Shown here piece after piece: positions 1 through 13,067 of a stretch of 64,000 nucleotides of DNA (the stretch's first letter is position 1; each line of letters opens with the position of its first letter). Made by a program: the position numbers and the translations under genes. The DNA comes from Euprymna scolopes (lineage: Eukaryota), in assembly GCA_053919585.1 (NCBI GenBank), contig CM132802.1; one strand, written 5' to 3'. The notes below the pieces were generated by a model. It saw only the letters and a list, made by a program, of their open reading frames with translations. It was not told where the DNA came from and did not search any database.

Positions 1-129
1 AGCTTTTATAGAAAAAAGCTTCAATCCAGTGCCTATTTCACCCTTTTAATGTTGCTATTCTGCCCTCCTAAGGGTTTGGGTTACATGTGTTTCTCTTCTG
101 TAAGATGTGTTTAAACTGGGCAGGTTAGC

Positions 130-1190
130 AATGGAGTGATCATATTGTTGAAGAAAAGCGGCATGATGGGGAGGACTATGACGATTGTAGGCCCATAACT
201 CTGCTAAATACAGAGTTGAAAATTTTGTCCTGCGTTCTTGCAAACTGACTGCAGGTTGTTATCACCGCCTTGATGGAACAAGATCAGAACTACGCTGTAA
301 AGGGGAGAACGATTAAAATAAAATTTCACTTGGTGCACACGATCTTTGATTGGTTACAAGATTACACAGACGCCGCGCTGATTAATTTGGATGAGTCTAA
401 AGCTTTCGATAGGGTCGACCATTATTTCTTGGAGTGTTATAGAGACCGCTGGTGTTGGTCTTGACTTTCAAAAATGGGTCTCTGTTTTGCATCTCAGACC
501 GATGGTAATGGTTCAGATAAATGGTAGGGTCTCGGTGTCGTTTGGGGTCTCTCGGTCGGCTTTCCTGACTCGAACGTTATTCGACGATACTCCATGAGTC
601 CCTGCGCTCGAGCACTCCTTTCCTTGACTCATACCCGACCACTCTATGGAAGGTAGTCGAAGATCGGATGGGGATGCGCTTTTTTCGCCGAATATCGGGC
701 CGCCCTGAAGGCATTGCCGAAGTCCAGAGCCCTTGTCCGATCTAGGAAGAGACTATATCGGAATTAGTGCTGAATATCGCAAAAGATCTGCTGGTCGTCT
801 TTCATTTTGTTCGTGCTGCACCGATAATTTAGACGAACAAGAGACCATGCTTTTTTTTTCCTGTGCAGTCGATGTTAGTATCATTGGGAGCATTTTGGAA
901 AGGTAACGGCTCGCATCGATCCTGGGCAACTAGTGCCCCTTCATTTGGTGTACGTTGTTGACAACAGGGATCCGTCATTTACAAGGGAGAAACGAATGGT
1001 GTTTCTAGCGACCCTAGCAGTAGATATATTAGTGACGTTGACTACACGTTTTGACGTAGTCCCTGGGGTTGGGATATGTTTCCGATCGGGATCTGGTTGC
1101 TTATTTTAAACAGTAACTTTAACAAAAATCAGATGCCATTAGAAAATATTGCACCGCATCGAGTTCGATAGGTGATGAGTGCACACCACT
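130..1190 (+). mobile_element. Degenerate Tx1/L1-clade non-LTR retrotransposon, RT fragment
   Basis: Translation gives DYRPITLLNTELKIL...DQNYAVKGRTI...AALINLDESKAFDRVDHYFL, typical L1/Tx1 RT motifs, broken by stops, frameshifts and an internal deletion. Confidence 0.75.
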
Positions 1191-1862
1191 AGCTTGTGCA
1201 TCAGACGAAGCGCTTTGATCAAGTTTGTGTTCCCGCCCTTGCCATGGCGCAGGCGATACCATGTTCTACAGAACCCAGTCTTGAGCAAAGAACTTAGAGT
1301 ACGTTCTACTGTAAGCGCTACCAGTGGAACACTTTATAAGGCTTTAGACGAAAGTGAGTATGGAAGTTTTTCCTGTTTTATTTATTATATGTACTAGGTG
1401 AGCTCTCAAAGATACCCATTTCAACCTTTGTTTTGTCTTCGCTGTCCTTATGCGTTCATTAATCTTGGAAGACGCTCTCTATTCTCTATTGCCATCCCTA
1501 CCTAATTTGTTTTTTGAAATATTGCTCATACCCCCCCATTACTCACGAGTTCACGGCCTGCTTGTTTTTGACTTGTGTTGGAAAACAGTGAGCGTTCTAC
1601 ACTTAGAAGTAGGTAGGGAGGGCCCTAACTAACCCGCCGCCATGAGAATTGTGTTTAGTGTTTTTTTCTTTTTTCTTTCTTTTTAGTGTATCTTAGCTTT
1701 TGCCCTCCTGCCATCTACCCATCTTTTTGTTTTTTGTTTGTAAAAAAAAAAAAAAACAAGAGAATACTAAGTTTGTACATAATTTTTGCTTTTGTATTTG
1801 CATAAATGTTTTTATATTTTGCAGAAATTGTAAATAAAGTTCGATTGATAAGCTGGGTATCT

Positions 1863-2260
1863 TTTTAGTATATAAACTATTTTTTCAGTTTACGAAAAAA
1901 ATAACACTACGTGCGGAGTTGGAAAAAAAACACGATATCAACTAACTCACAGTAGGATTTTTACGTTGTTCTATCATTGTTGCTAAGCAACGCCATCGAA
2001 AATGGCTTTATTGATGATAGATAAATTAAAATAACGATTTTGAGTATCGATTATTGGTAATTATTGGGGGTATACCGAGACAAAACTTAATTAAGATCAC
2101 TCCCAGACGTATACACTACAGTTCTGTAAATTTTACAGAAAATCTGTTCAGTCGTTTCGGACTCTGTAAGGAACGAACTCACACAAACACAGACACTGTT
2201 GCATATATATAATTGTAGAAATACTACTAAAGAGACCCGGTCTTTCCTGGGATTGGCATA
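1863..2260. mobile_element. Probable non-autonomous Helitron-like repeat
   Basis: TTGCTAAGCAA palindrome, internal CA-rich tract and a terminus resembling other Helitron-like ends in the window; no coding capacity. Confidence 0.3.
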
Positions 2261-2630
2261 AAGTAAAACGCATGTTTCAGCCTCCCACACTTTCATTCTC
2301 ATCAAAATCGTTGAAATCCTTTGTATTTCAATCAAATCGACTGACTGCTTGCTGGAATTAAGGACGTTGCGTCGCTTACCGAAATTCCTTATCATACATT
2401 GTAGTCTACATCGCACTGTAGGGAATCTTCAGTTTATTTTATAAAACTATCTGTATATATTAGCTTCATGAACGATTAAAATGCAAAAGTCAAGTACTAT
2501 GACTCCATTGTGCTCTGAACGTTCATTTATTACGCATCCCTGTTTTATCAAAGAATTAACTGTTGATTTTTATGAACTTATTTTTACTTAATCACTTAAA
2601 TTAAATCTACAGTTGGACGGCATGTTTAGG

Positions 2631-4605
2631 TTTTTTTTTCTTTTTTTTTTACAAATGCATCACCACATTATCAAGGCCCAGAGGCCACTCAAGGATAAGG
2701 GTTAAAGAGTGTACAGTAGAAATTGGTCAATATAGTAATCATTAGTAATGAAAATTTGGTAAATTTAATAACTTATATGGAACGGCTCATCAAGAACTTA
2801 TTTACTTTAGACTTGAACACAACTATATTGTAGTCAGCCGGAAAGCAGGAAAACGGAAGACAATTCCACAGGCGTGCAGTTCTAAGAAAGAAGCTTTGTT
2901 CATGGAATCTACGTTTAGGTTTAGGCACAGATAAAGAGTGGGGGAAATTATTGATAGTGTTTACAGCTAGACGAGTGTTTCTTGTGAAAGTTTGGCGAGG
3001 GGGGACCATAGATTGAAGCTCAGTTGAACACTTTCCATGAAAATAACGATACATCAGAGACAAACTCGCAACATCTCTTCTGTGAGATAGAGGTTGCAAG
3101 GAGGAGAAAAGGACATCTCCTACGAGGCTACGAAGTCTATTTTGAACTCTATCAAGGCAGGACAAGTCCTTTCTAGCAGCTCCTGCCCAGATGTGGCAAC
3201 AGTATTCCATCCTTGGACGTACCTGGCTCTTATATAGGTAGAGAATAGCATCAGCAGTGAGATATCTACTGGATCGATAGAAAGATCCCACCATTTTTCC
3301 AGCGGCCTTGGCAACAGATTTGATATACGTGTTCCATTTAAGATCAGGAGTAATGGTCAAGCCCAGAAGCTTGTCAAAACTTGAGGCCTCCTGAAGACGA
3401 GAGCCATTCATTTCAATTGATGACAAATGTGAATTAGAATGTTGATGATGTAAAGAGAGAAGCTTGATTTTAGATGCATTAAAAGTAACCAGCCACTCCT
3501 TTCCCCATTGTACTACGTGCTCAAGATCAGAGGAGAGAGAATTGGAGAGAACTTGGTCGTTTACTGTCTTAGATGTGCTACCATAGATGGTAGTGTCGTC
3601 AGCATAAATGTCTACAAATGATGTAAGGATATGATTTGGAAGATCATTAATGTAGATCAGGAAAAGAGTTGGGCCCAGGATGGATCCCTGAGGGACACCG
3701 GAATTAATACTATGAGCTTCTGATTTTTGCCCCTCAACTACTACTCTTATGAACCTATCAGAAAGAAATGATTTAATAATTGAGAAGACTTTTCCAGCTA
3801 TACCATAGCTAGCGATCTTATGAAGTAAACCTTTATGCCATACCCTATCAAAGGCTTTAGATATGTCAAGAGCAATTGCCCTAGAAAGATTGCCACCGTC
3901 GAGAGATTTGCTAATCCTATACGATATAACTGTAAGGACATCTGCTGTAGATCTAGCAGAACGGAAACCATATTGAGTGTCACTAAGAAGGTTATTTTTG
4001 TTGAGATGTTTGATTACTTCTGTATTTAACACAGATTCTAGCAACTTACTCAGGACGCACAGGAGACTTATTGGCCTGTACTGAGAGGGGGATGAGCGAT
4101 CACCTGAATTCTTAAATACAGGGCATACTGATGAGATTTTCCAGGGAGATGGGAAACTATTCTCCTTAAGACAACGTTTAAACAGTTTTGTAAGTATGGG
4201 CGCTAATTCAAGTTGAAGTTTTTTGAGTACTATAATTGGAATACCATCAGGGCCAGTTGCTTTACTCGAATCAAGGTTTTTGATTAGCTTCGCAACATCA
4301 CGTACAGATATACGTATATCACATAGCGTGTTTTCTGATACAGGAGGAAATATTGGAGGTTGGCGGTCTTGGTCGCAAAGGGTAGAATTAGCTGCAAAGT
4401 TCTTGACAAAGAGTTTGGATTTGTCTGATGCTGACGAGATTACCTCAGGTCCATTGATAATAGTTGGGATGGAGCACACGCTTCTATTCAGGATTCTGTT
4501 TGCTATTTGCCAAAACTGGTGGGAACCAAGCCTCTGCTCAGCTACTTTGGACTTAACAGATTGAGCATACAACACTCTTGCGTTCCTTATTACTTCAGCA
4601 CAGTT
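2631..4605 (-). mobile_element. 5'-truncated CR1/L2-group LINE, copy 1, with 3'UTR and poly(A) tail
   Basis: RT ORF, about 120-bp 3'UTR shared with three other copies, T-tract at 2631-2650. Confidence 0.92.
2773..4575 (-). CDS. Non-LTR retrotransposon reverse transcriptase (ORF2 lacking the N-terminal endonuclease)
   Basis: 600 uninterrupted codons with [47 protein letters not shown] and LYKSQVRPRMEYC motifs; the start is GTG, so the frame is a truncation rather than a true start. Confidence 0.92.
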   Translation of the reverse strand: MLYAQSVKSKVAEQRLGSHQFWQIANRILNRSVCSIPTIINGPEVISSASDKSKLFVKNFAANSTLCDQDRQPPIFPPVSENTLCDIRISVRDVAKLIKNLDSSKATGPDGIPIIVLKKLQLELAPILTKLFKRCLKENSFPSPWKISSVCPVFKNSGDRSSPSQYRPISLLCVLSKLLESVLNTEVIKHLNKNNLLSDTQYGFRSARSTADVLTVISYRISKSLDGGNLSRAIALDISKAFDRVWHKGLLHKIASYGIAGKVFSIIKSFLSDRFIRVVVEGQKSEAHSINSGVPQGSILGPTLFLIYINDLPNHILTSFVDIYADDTTIYGSTSKTVNDQVLSNSLSSDLEHVVQWGKEWLVTFNASKIKLLSLHHQHSNSHLSSIEMNGSRLQEASSFDKLLGLTITPDLKWNTYIKSVAKAAGKMVGSFYRSSRYLTADAILYLYKSQVRPRMEYCCHIWAGAARKDLSCLDRVQNRLRSLVGDVLFSSLQPLSHRRDVASLSLMYRYFHGKCSTELQSMVPPRQTFTRNTRLAVNTINNFPHSLSVPKPKRRFHEQSFFLRTARLWNCLPFSCFPADYNIVVFKSKVNKFLMSRSI

Positions 4606-4841
4606 TCAGATGGTTAGGTGTTCTACACAAGTCCTGGAGGTAACTATTTCTCAGTAAACAGAACAAAAGATTCTTCGTGTGTTGCCACGAAGAAAACATG
4701 TTAGTTGCGACAGAAAGGGTTTAATATTTATGGAGCAATTCTGGTTTTTGATTGTTTGGTAGTAAAACGTGAATTAATTCGATTCGTCAGTTCCTAGCAG
4801 AATCGTTTATAAATAGGATCTCCCGAATGTGTGGGATCATA

Positions 4842-5562
4842 CCCCATTATACTCATGTATGATGGGATGTGTCTTCTACCGTCTTCGGCTGCAGGGAGGC
4901 AGGGTAGTACACGTCAAGGATCAGTTCTTGACACTCAGTCCGATAGGTGAGGGACCGGGAACCGGCCCAGCACCTGTCGAACTGAGGTACACCGCTTGGC
5001 TACTATATAGGAGGTCCACGCTCCCAGGCCTTTCTAGCGGGCTCTCCATTGGGGCAAGTTTATTGTTTGTTGCCTGAGGCGCCCCTACCGAGGAATGCCG
5101 ACGGGGTGGCCAGGCAATTTTTGTTGAGGCAAGAGTACCCCTCCTTTAGGGGAGCTTGCTTGTTCTCCACTTTCCGACCTTGTGCCACATTTTGCTGTGG
5201 TGGACAGCATATAAATATCAACCCCATTATAATCTTTATGATGGGATGTGTTTCCTCGCGGCTTCGGCTGCAGGGAGACATGTTACTAGTACACGTCAAG
5301 GATTCGTTCTTGACACTTAGCTCGACAGGTGAGGGGCCGGGAACTGGTCTAGCACCTGTCGAACTGAGCTACACCGCCTGGGTAATACCCAGGACGTCCA
5401 CCATCCCAGGTCTTGCCATCCGGCTTTTGGGTGAGGTAAGTTTATTGCTTGTCGCCTTAGGCGCCCCAACTGGGGAATGCCGACAGGGTTACTCCCACAA
5501 TTTTTGCAATTGGAAGAGTGCCCCCCTTGTACTTTCTCGGCCTTGTGCCAAATATTGCTGAT
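4842..5562. repeat. Tandem pair of diverged ~350-bp GC-rich units (about 4842-5198 and 5221-5562)
   Basis: Colinear blocks in both units: ATGATGGGATGTGT, CTTCGGCTGCAGGGAG, TAGTACACGTCAAGGAT, AGCACCTGTCGAACTGAG, GGAATGCCGAC, CCTTGTGCCA. Confidence 0.85.
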
Positions 5563-6258
5563 GTAGGTAGCAATATTAATATAAATATAAATAACTACCC
5601 CATTATTCTTTAAAAAATATTGCAACATTAAAACTAAACATACATTACTTAATTTCATTGTTTATTTGTGCTCTAATATGACACATTCGTTTGGAAAGCG
5701 TTCATACCTTTTAAATTAGTTAATATAGGTTTGGACTCTGTGCGCGTCTGGTGTTAAAGCTTTTCAATTACACTTGTGATGTTTGGGTGCATAAAAGTGT
5801 TAACTTTGGTCAAAATCGAATTTTCTTTCTTAAATTGGTTATCAAACATTGTGATACTTTTCGAACCTATTTCGATAAAAAAAAACATGTATGGGCACTC
5901 CCATTTACTCCAAGTATCAATGTGTGCTGCCCGGCCGTTTCTGAGTCTGGAGAGAACGAACTTACACACAGTCTTTCTTGATACGCCTACACGTAGATAT
6001 TGTATTGTTTAAACTTTACTATTATTAGTTTTTGTTTACTCCACCATGTGATTTCCTTATTTGTGGTTTCAGTTTTAAGCTGACAATTAAAAAATTAGGG
6101 TTCAGTAGTCGGTAGTATTGTATTTTTACATCGTGACCGGTAAATCTAAGCTACTTTATTTATTCGACCCTCGTAGCTTTGGTCTAATGAATTGCTAATA
6201 TATGAATCTGATAGTCTTTCCAGCTACACGCAGGAAAGAGTAGCGCTGAAAGGAATGC

Positions 6259-7482
6259 TTTTTTTTACATAGGCGTCATTACTTATCAAGACTGAGAGGC
6301 CACTCACGGATAAGGGTTAAAGAGTGTACAGTAGCCAATTGGACAATATAGTAATCGATAGTAATGGAAGTTCGGTAAATTTGTTAACGTAAGTGTAACG
6401 GCTCATCACGTTCACGTTGGACTTGAAGACAACCGTATTATAGACATGGAAAGCAGGAAAACGGAAGACAATTCCACAGGGGTGCAGTTCTAAGAAAAAC
6501 AGCATTGATCATGGAATCTACGTTTAGGTTTAGGCACAGATAAATAGTGGAGGAATTATTGATAGTGTTTTCAGCTAGATGAGTGTTTCTTGTAAAAGTT
6601 TGGGGAAGGGGGGACGATAGACTGAAGCTCACTCGAACACTTTCCATGAAAATAACGATAAAGCAGAGGCAAACTCGCAACATCTCTTTTGTGAAAAAGA
6701 GGTTGCAGCGAAGACAAAAGGACATCTCCCATGAGGCTACGAAGCCTATTTTGAACCCTATCAAGGCAGGACAAGTCCTTTCTAGCAGCGCCTTCCCAGA
6801 TGTGGCAGCAGTATTCCATCCTTGGACTATCTGATTCTTATATAGTTAGAGAATTGCATCAGCAGTAAGATATCTACTAGATCGATAGAATGATCCGACC
6901 ATTTTTCCAGCGGTCTTGGCAACAGATTTGATGTACGTATTCCACTTAAGATCAGGAAAATGGCAAGCCCAGAAGCTTGTCAAAACTTGAGGCCTCCTGA
7001 AGACGAGAGCCATTCATTTCAATGGATGCCAGATGGGGATCAGAACGTTGATGATGTAAAGATAGAAGCCTGGTTTTAGATGCATAAAAAGTTACCAGCC
7101 ACTCATTTTCCGATTGTACTACGTGATCAAGACCAGAGAAGAGAGAATCGGAGAGAACTTGGTCGTTTACTGTTTAGATGTGCTACCATAGATGGTAGTG
7201 TCATCAGCAAAAATGTCTACAGATGATGTAAGGATGTGATTTGGAAGATCATTAATGTAGATCAGGAAAAGAGTTGGGCCCAAGATGGACCCCTGAGGGA
7301 CTCCAGCATTAATACTGTGAGCTTCTGATTTTTGCCCATCAACTACTACTCTTATAACCTATCAGAGAGAAAAGGTTCAATAATTGAGAAGACATTGCCA
7401 GTTATACTATAGCTGGAGATCTTGGAAATAAACATTTATGCCATACGCTATTAAAGGCATTGGATATGTCAAGAGCAATTGT
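6259..7482 (-). mobile_element. CR1/L2-group LINE, copy 2 (5'-truncated, frameshifted)
   Basis: Colinear with 2651-3880; MEYCCHIWEGAARKDLSCLDRVQNRLRSL; same 3'UTR plus T-tract. Confidence 0.92.
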
Positions 7483-7994
7483 CTTTATGTATTCGCGATA
7501 ATTCACCCATATTGCTGAAGCGGAAAGAGTGGCAGAAGCACGTTAGTCTTGTAGAGTGACATTTTCATATGATTCCGGTTGTCTTTTTCTTTAAAAAGAT
7601 ATGGTTTGAAAGGAACGTTTTATTGTCGGTAACGGATTTCATTGTTGATGTTTACTTCCATCTAATACACCTAGTTCAAGTTTTTAATATCTATTTCAAT
7701 GCTAAACTTTTAATGCTTGACGTTCTCTTGTCTTCAATTGTGAGATAAGGAACTAAAACATGGGCTCTATGTCTAGGCATTTGCTACAAAATGATGTGTT
7801 GAAAGTGCAAAATGTTATAACATCTATTAGAGTTTAATAATTATCACAGAAAATTACCAGGTTTAATGTTCTGAATTATTCTAGCGAGGGCTTTTATCTA
7901 GAAGTAACATTCCATCGTCTAACTTAACGAACACATCGGATTCATTTTTATTATTTCTTTTACAAACACATAGACACACGCACACACACATATA

Positions 7995-8027
<33 letters not shown>

Positions 8028-8288
8028 TAATATATATAGAGAGAGGGGGAGAGAAAGGGGAATACAGAGAGAGGGGAGAAATAAAGAGAGAGGAAAAGAA
8101 AGAGAGAGTATGAGAAGAGAAACATGGATTGAAGAATTCATCATTCCGCCAGACGTTCTCTGGAATTTTGGAAAATGACCAAAATAATCGAATAGGGAAA
8201 ATCAATGTTTGGTTGATCGAGAATTTCATCTTCGACACTATTGTTTGCTTTATGGATTTATCCTTTATCACTAGTTGTCATGGTGACA

Positions 8289-8355
<67 letters not shown>

Positions 8356-8811
8356 GTGTGTGTATATATATATGGCTTTCTGACAAAGTAAAAAACGGAA
8401 ACAACAAATGATATTCCACATACGAAAAAAACACAAAAGATAAATTAGAAATATGTTGTAATAACGATTCAAAGAAAATGACGCCAATAAATCCGTCGAC
8501 AGCTGGTTATTTTTGTTGTTGTTGTTGTTGTTGTCGTTATGTAAGACTCCACACGCACACGCGCGCTTGTACGCATACGCAAAGTCATGAACACAGAGAG
8601 ACACGCACACACTCACACAGATACACACACGTATATGTGTGCATATTTATAGTATGTATTTATCAAGATTTTTACTGTTATTACTAGAGAAAGCATTCAT
8701 TTAGTGACGTGAATCTCTATTAAAAAACAGGACTCAACAGAAAAGATGGATATTATATGATTTTTTTCTTTTTAATTGACAAGTATATTATACAATATTA
8801 GAAGCTAGCTA

Positions 8812-10111
8812 CGAGGGGCGTGCAATAATTAATTCTCCTGACTAACTTCCAGTTGTCTGATCTAGCTTAAATTTTGCATGTCCAATGATTTATATCTCTA
8901 CGGGTTATGTGGCAAATTGCAACTCTGAACTAATTGTGGTTTCTGTTTTACAGAGGTTTGAACTGAGTCAGGTGTGAAATGGGACCTTTTCAATGTCGAG
9001 CAGTGATCTGTTTTTTTTTTTTTTGTATTTGAAAGGACGCTCACCACAGGAGACTTTTGATGAATTGAAAAAAACTTATGGTGATAATGCCCATCATATG
9101 ATCTTGTAAAACGCTGGCATCGTGAATTCAAACATGGCAGAAAGTCTGTAGAAACAGCTCCCAGACCGGGTCGCCCCCCTTCTGCTATTGATGAAGCATC
9201 TGACCGTAAAGTTGAGGATGCCATTTTGGAAGATCGGCGCATTACTATTCGCAAAATAGCCCAAGATGTCAAAATTAGTACAGGGTCTGTGGTAACTATC
9301 ATTCATTACCATTTGCATATGTATAAGGTATCTGTCAGATGGATTTCCAGGTTGCTCACACCATTCCGGAATCGAGAACGAGTCGAGTGCTCAATGATGA
9401 ATTTGGAGATGTACCAGGAAGATGAGTCAAAGTTTTTCAAAAGACTGATTACACAGGATGAAACCTGGGTCCATCCCTATGATCCAGAGACCAAAGTCCA
9501 GTCAATGCAGTGGAAGCACTTGGATTCACCACCTCCAAAGAAGGCAAGGGTGCAGCCCTCCGCTGGCAAGGACATGCTCACAGTCTTCTGGGACCAGGAC
9601 GAAGTAGTGATGACAGATTTCCTAGCAAAGTGTACCACAATTAAAGGAGTTTATTATGCTTCACTTTCGAGGAAATTAAGGGAAACTATCAAAATCAAGA
9701 GGCGGGGCAAGATCAGCAAAAGTACCCTCCTCCTGCAGTACAACGTTCCAGTCCACAACTCGCATGTCGCCAGATCAGAAGCACAGGCGTGTGGTTATGA
9801 AATCCTTCCCCATCCTTCCTACTTTCGTGACCTTGCACCCTCTGACTTTTACCTCTTCTCAGCCATGAAGTTGTTTTTTTAAGGAAAGTGTTTCCCAGAT
9901 GATGCAGCCTGGATTTGTAAAGTCGCGTCCTGGTTGGAGGAACAACGTGGGGTGTTCTACAAAAACGGTTTCCAGAGCTGCATCAAACGATGGGAGAAAT
10001 GCCTAACTCTTGGTGGTTCCTATGTATAGAAAGACTAATAACTGTGCCAAGTTTCGTTGCTCTACTCCTATTGGAAGATGGTAAGGGGCATTACTTGTTG
10101 CACGCGCCTCG
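8812..10111 (+). mobile_element. Full-length (1300 bp) mariner DNA transposon with a disrupted transposase
   Basis: TIRs CGAGGGGCGTGCAATAATTAAT / ATTACTTGTTGCACGCGCCTCG; TA TSD at 8810-8811 and 10112-10113. Confidence 0.93.
8979..10020 (+). pseudogene. Mariner transposase pseudogene (longest open part 9226-9882)
   Basis: WISRLL (WVPREL-like), ITQDETWV and HPSYFRDLAPSDFYLF (YSPDLAP-like) motifs; second catalytic D mutated (QYNVP); frameshifts. Confidence 0.88.
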
Positions 10112-10143
10112 TAAATATATAAAACCTCGGACAAATAGTGTGT

Positions 10144-10205
<62 letters not shown>

Positions 10206-10639
10206 GTGTGCGTGTGTGTGTTATTACATTCAAGCCCAGAGAAAATGGATGTCTAAATCGAGGGTATAGAATTAAAAGTTACCGTGCAATGAAATACATT
10301 AACAAAACAGCGTCGACAAGTTAGTTCACACAATTCATTTCGTAAAATTATTTAAATATTTTGTGAAAAAGTTCATATAATAATTTGTTTTCCATACGGG
10401 AAGAATTATTTTAAGTGCCATTTGACTGAGCAGCTAATGCTGTATTTAAATAAGAAGGCATTTTCTTTATTTAGCTCTTGTTTGGTTTTTATACTTACTT
10501 GAAGATATGTATTGGAAGTATGAATGGTTTTGAACCTACGATTATAAAATATTATTAATTAGTGATAACGCGTTTTTTTTAATTTTTCAAAATGGAAAAT
10601 TGTTATTTAGATGTAACTTTAGAACATTACTGCAACAAA

Positions 10640-12177
10640 TACAACAGTCACACTATAGGCTAGTTAATATTTAGTAGCATAGACCTTCTGCAAATAGCCA
10701 GCCTGTAATATTTTGGACAATTCTTGAATTAGTTTGTGGTAATACTCCGATGAAAGGGCATCCTAAGTTTTTTTTTGTTTTTTGTCAAAACTTCTTCTAG
10801 ATTTAGGAATCCATCATTGCATTGCTTGATGTAATGCCATATCTTTTCGAAAGGATGGAGATTGTACAGGCTTATCTAAACACGGAATATTCAAAGAACC
10901 TCTTGACATTGACAGCTTTATAAATGGGAGCATTATCCTGCATGAAGATGGGATTATCATCTAAATTCTGGCTAAATAGGGTAGAGAATGCTCCGTCACC
11001 ATATTGTTGTACTTGCAAGCGAACTATAGGATCTCGACCATTGGCCTAATAAAACTCAACACCAAAACTGAATCTCCACGACATTGCAGCGTTAAAAATG
11101 TGCACCTTTGATTAATTTCTGCGTTCTTTTTTTGACGCCTACCATATCTGCCTAGCTTATTGAACTTGTTTTTTTCGCTAAAAATCACTTTCGCTCAATA
11201 TGAACAGTCATTATATTCATTAAATCTGACGAGGTCCTGGATATGACCTTAAACTATATCCAATAGTGAGACCCCTGCTTGCGGGCTTTGGGGAGTGTAG
11301 AGCCACCATATAATTGCCATTGTTCCCAGGTCCACTCTGATCCGGAGTGTAGTAGTACCTGTTAGGGTTCCAACTATGGGTTAAATAGAAACCAACTTGA
11401 AAAAAAATATATTCTTCTAAAAAAGATTCTTTAAAATCACTGGATTCGGCATTAAATAACCTTAAAAGGGTTGATATGCGGTAAAACTAAAACAACCAAC
11501 TAACATCTGAGGAAATCTAGACGGTGCTTTCTATTCTTTACAGTAATAATTGGCTTGCGTCTTGCAACACATCCTCGCAAATTAAATGTCTTGTAATCTT
11601 TACTTAACTGTAGAAATAGAGCACTTTTAACAGGATTACATTGTTGTTAGATTTGGTGAGCCGTTTCAAATCTATTTCTTAACCTGCGAATCTTGATAAA
11701 ATTGTCTTCCCTGTAAGAAATTACTCTGGACAACCAGCTTTAGGGGCATCATGAACACTGCCGTTTTTATGCTTTTGCACAGTCATTCTTACCGTTTTCT
11801 CATCACATTTCAATCCGCGGCCGATGTCTCAGTTGGGTTAATGAACTCCTAACGATCGAGGAATACGGACTAAATGTGATATTGTATAACCTGGAACAAC
11901 AACAATTATAATTAGTCATGCTTTGTGGCCGAAAACGTGGACATTTTAATCTGGTTTTTGAGCTCATTTGTTGCTGCGGAATTTCTTTCTGCCTTCTCGA
12001 TTTGAAGTTATTTTTTTAATTGACGTGAACACTAGGATGCTTGAATCAAAAGTCATACAGGAGTTGGAGAATTATAGAGGAATACAAAGGGAATCATGAG
12101 ATATAGGTTGTCTAACCATTCAATTTTGCTTATATTTGCATTTTTTGAAAAAATGGCAATTCATTTTCTTTTTGTCG

Positions 12178-12182
<5 letters not shown>
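10640..12182 (-). mobile_element. Degenerate Tc1-like transposon interrupted by a SINE-like insertion
   Basis: Minus-strand remnants PIFMQDNAPI (about 10925-10955) and KVIFSEKNKFN (about 11160-11192); TIR-like end ...TTTTGTCGCACTA next to (TA)n. Confidence 0.65.
11230..11503 (+). mobile_element. SINE-like interspersed repeat nested in the Tc1 relic
   Basis: More GC-rich block (CCCAGGTCCACTCTGATCCGGAGTG...GGCATTAAATAACC...GGGTTGATATGC) ending in an (AACC/AAC) tail; it interrupts Tc1 homology. Confidence 0.55.
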
Positions 12183-12232
<50 letters not shown>

Positions 12233-12453
12233 ATTCTTCAAACGGGGTAATATATATTTTTATAAAGAAGCAATTTTATTGTTTGAAACAAAAAAAATAA
12301 CAACAACGAACACAACAACGAAACTATATACTTTTGCTTTGAAAATCGACTATAACAATTGGGATATCGAAGCATCCTTCAACTAGGCAAATTGATATAT
12401 ATTTTGGATATTATTTAAAAGCTTTTTTACTGTCTAAAACAGCAGAAAGGATA

Positions 12454-12506
<53 letters not shown>

Positions 12507-12539
12507 AGAGAGAGTTACAACTCATGTTCTCTACCAATC

Positions 12540-13067
12540 GAAGTTATGACAAAAGCACCATTGCCAGGATCTTCAGAATGTATGCCTGGATGGCCACGAA
12601 TAACAGGGACGTGCCCTGAGTGATGAAAAGTTTCTGGCCAAGGTCATGGTTTTGGTGTGGCTTCAAGTGAGGGCCACATCATAGCATCTCACATCTTCAC
12701 AGTCGGTTTGAAAATCAACACTAAAGTGTACCTGGAGATTCTGAAGAGTGTGGGGGGCTGGCAGGCCTTGAGTGGCAGCAGGACTTGACGCCGACCCACA
12801 AATCCAAAGACACCCGGGTTGGCTTCAGAAGGCGTGCTATGACTTTGTACTCTTCACTCACTCTTTCCCAATCCTCCCCCGAACTGAACCTACTGGACTA
12901 CTTCGTTTGGTTATACGTTAAGAACATCACAAACATGCTCCCCACAACACTTAAAGCCAGTCTGATCGCAAACATCCATAGTGTACTCGTAAAGCCTCGA
13001 CCGGTTCCTGTAAAAAGGTATGCTCTTAGTTCCGGACCGTATAGAAGCGGTGATTGAAGGTGAATAA
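12540..13067 (+). mobile_element. Tc1/mariner-superfamily (maT/DD37D-like) transposase C-terminal relic
   Basis: SSPELNLLDYFVW (SPDLNPLDY-like) motif; runs into an N gap. Confidence 0.6.

Noticed and set aside
7881-8687. ORFs with YIYIYI/CVCV runs here and throughout the window
   Set aside because: Translations of (TA)n/(CA)n microsatellites, not genes
11226-11255. CTGACGA-GGTC..GACC hammerhead-like start
   Set aside because: Followed by TTAAAC rather than GAAA; lies at the SINE/Tc1 junction
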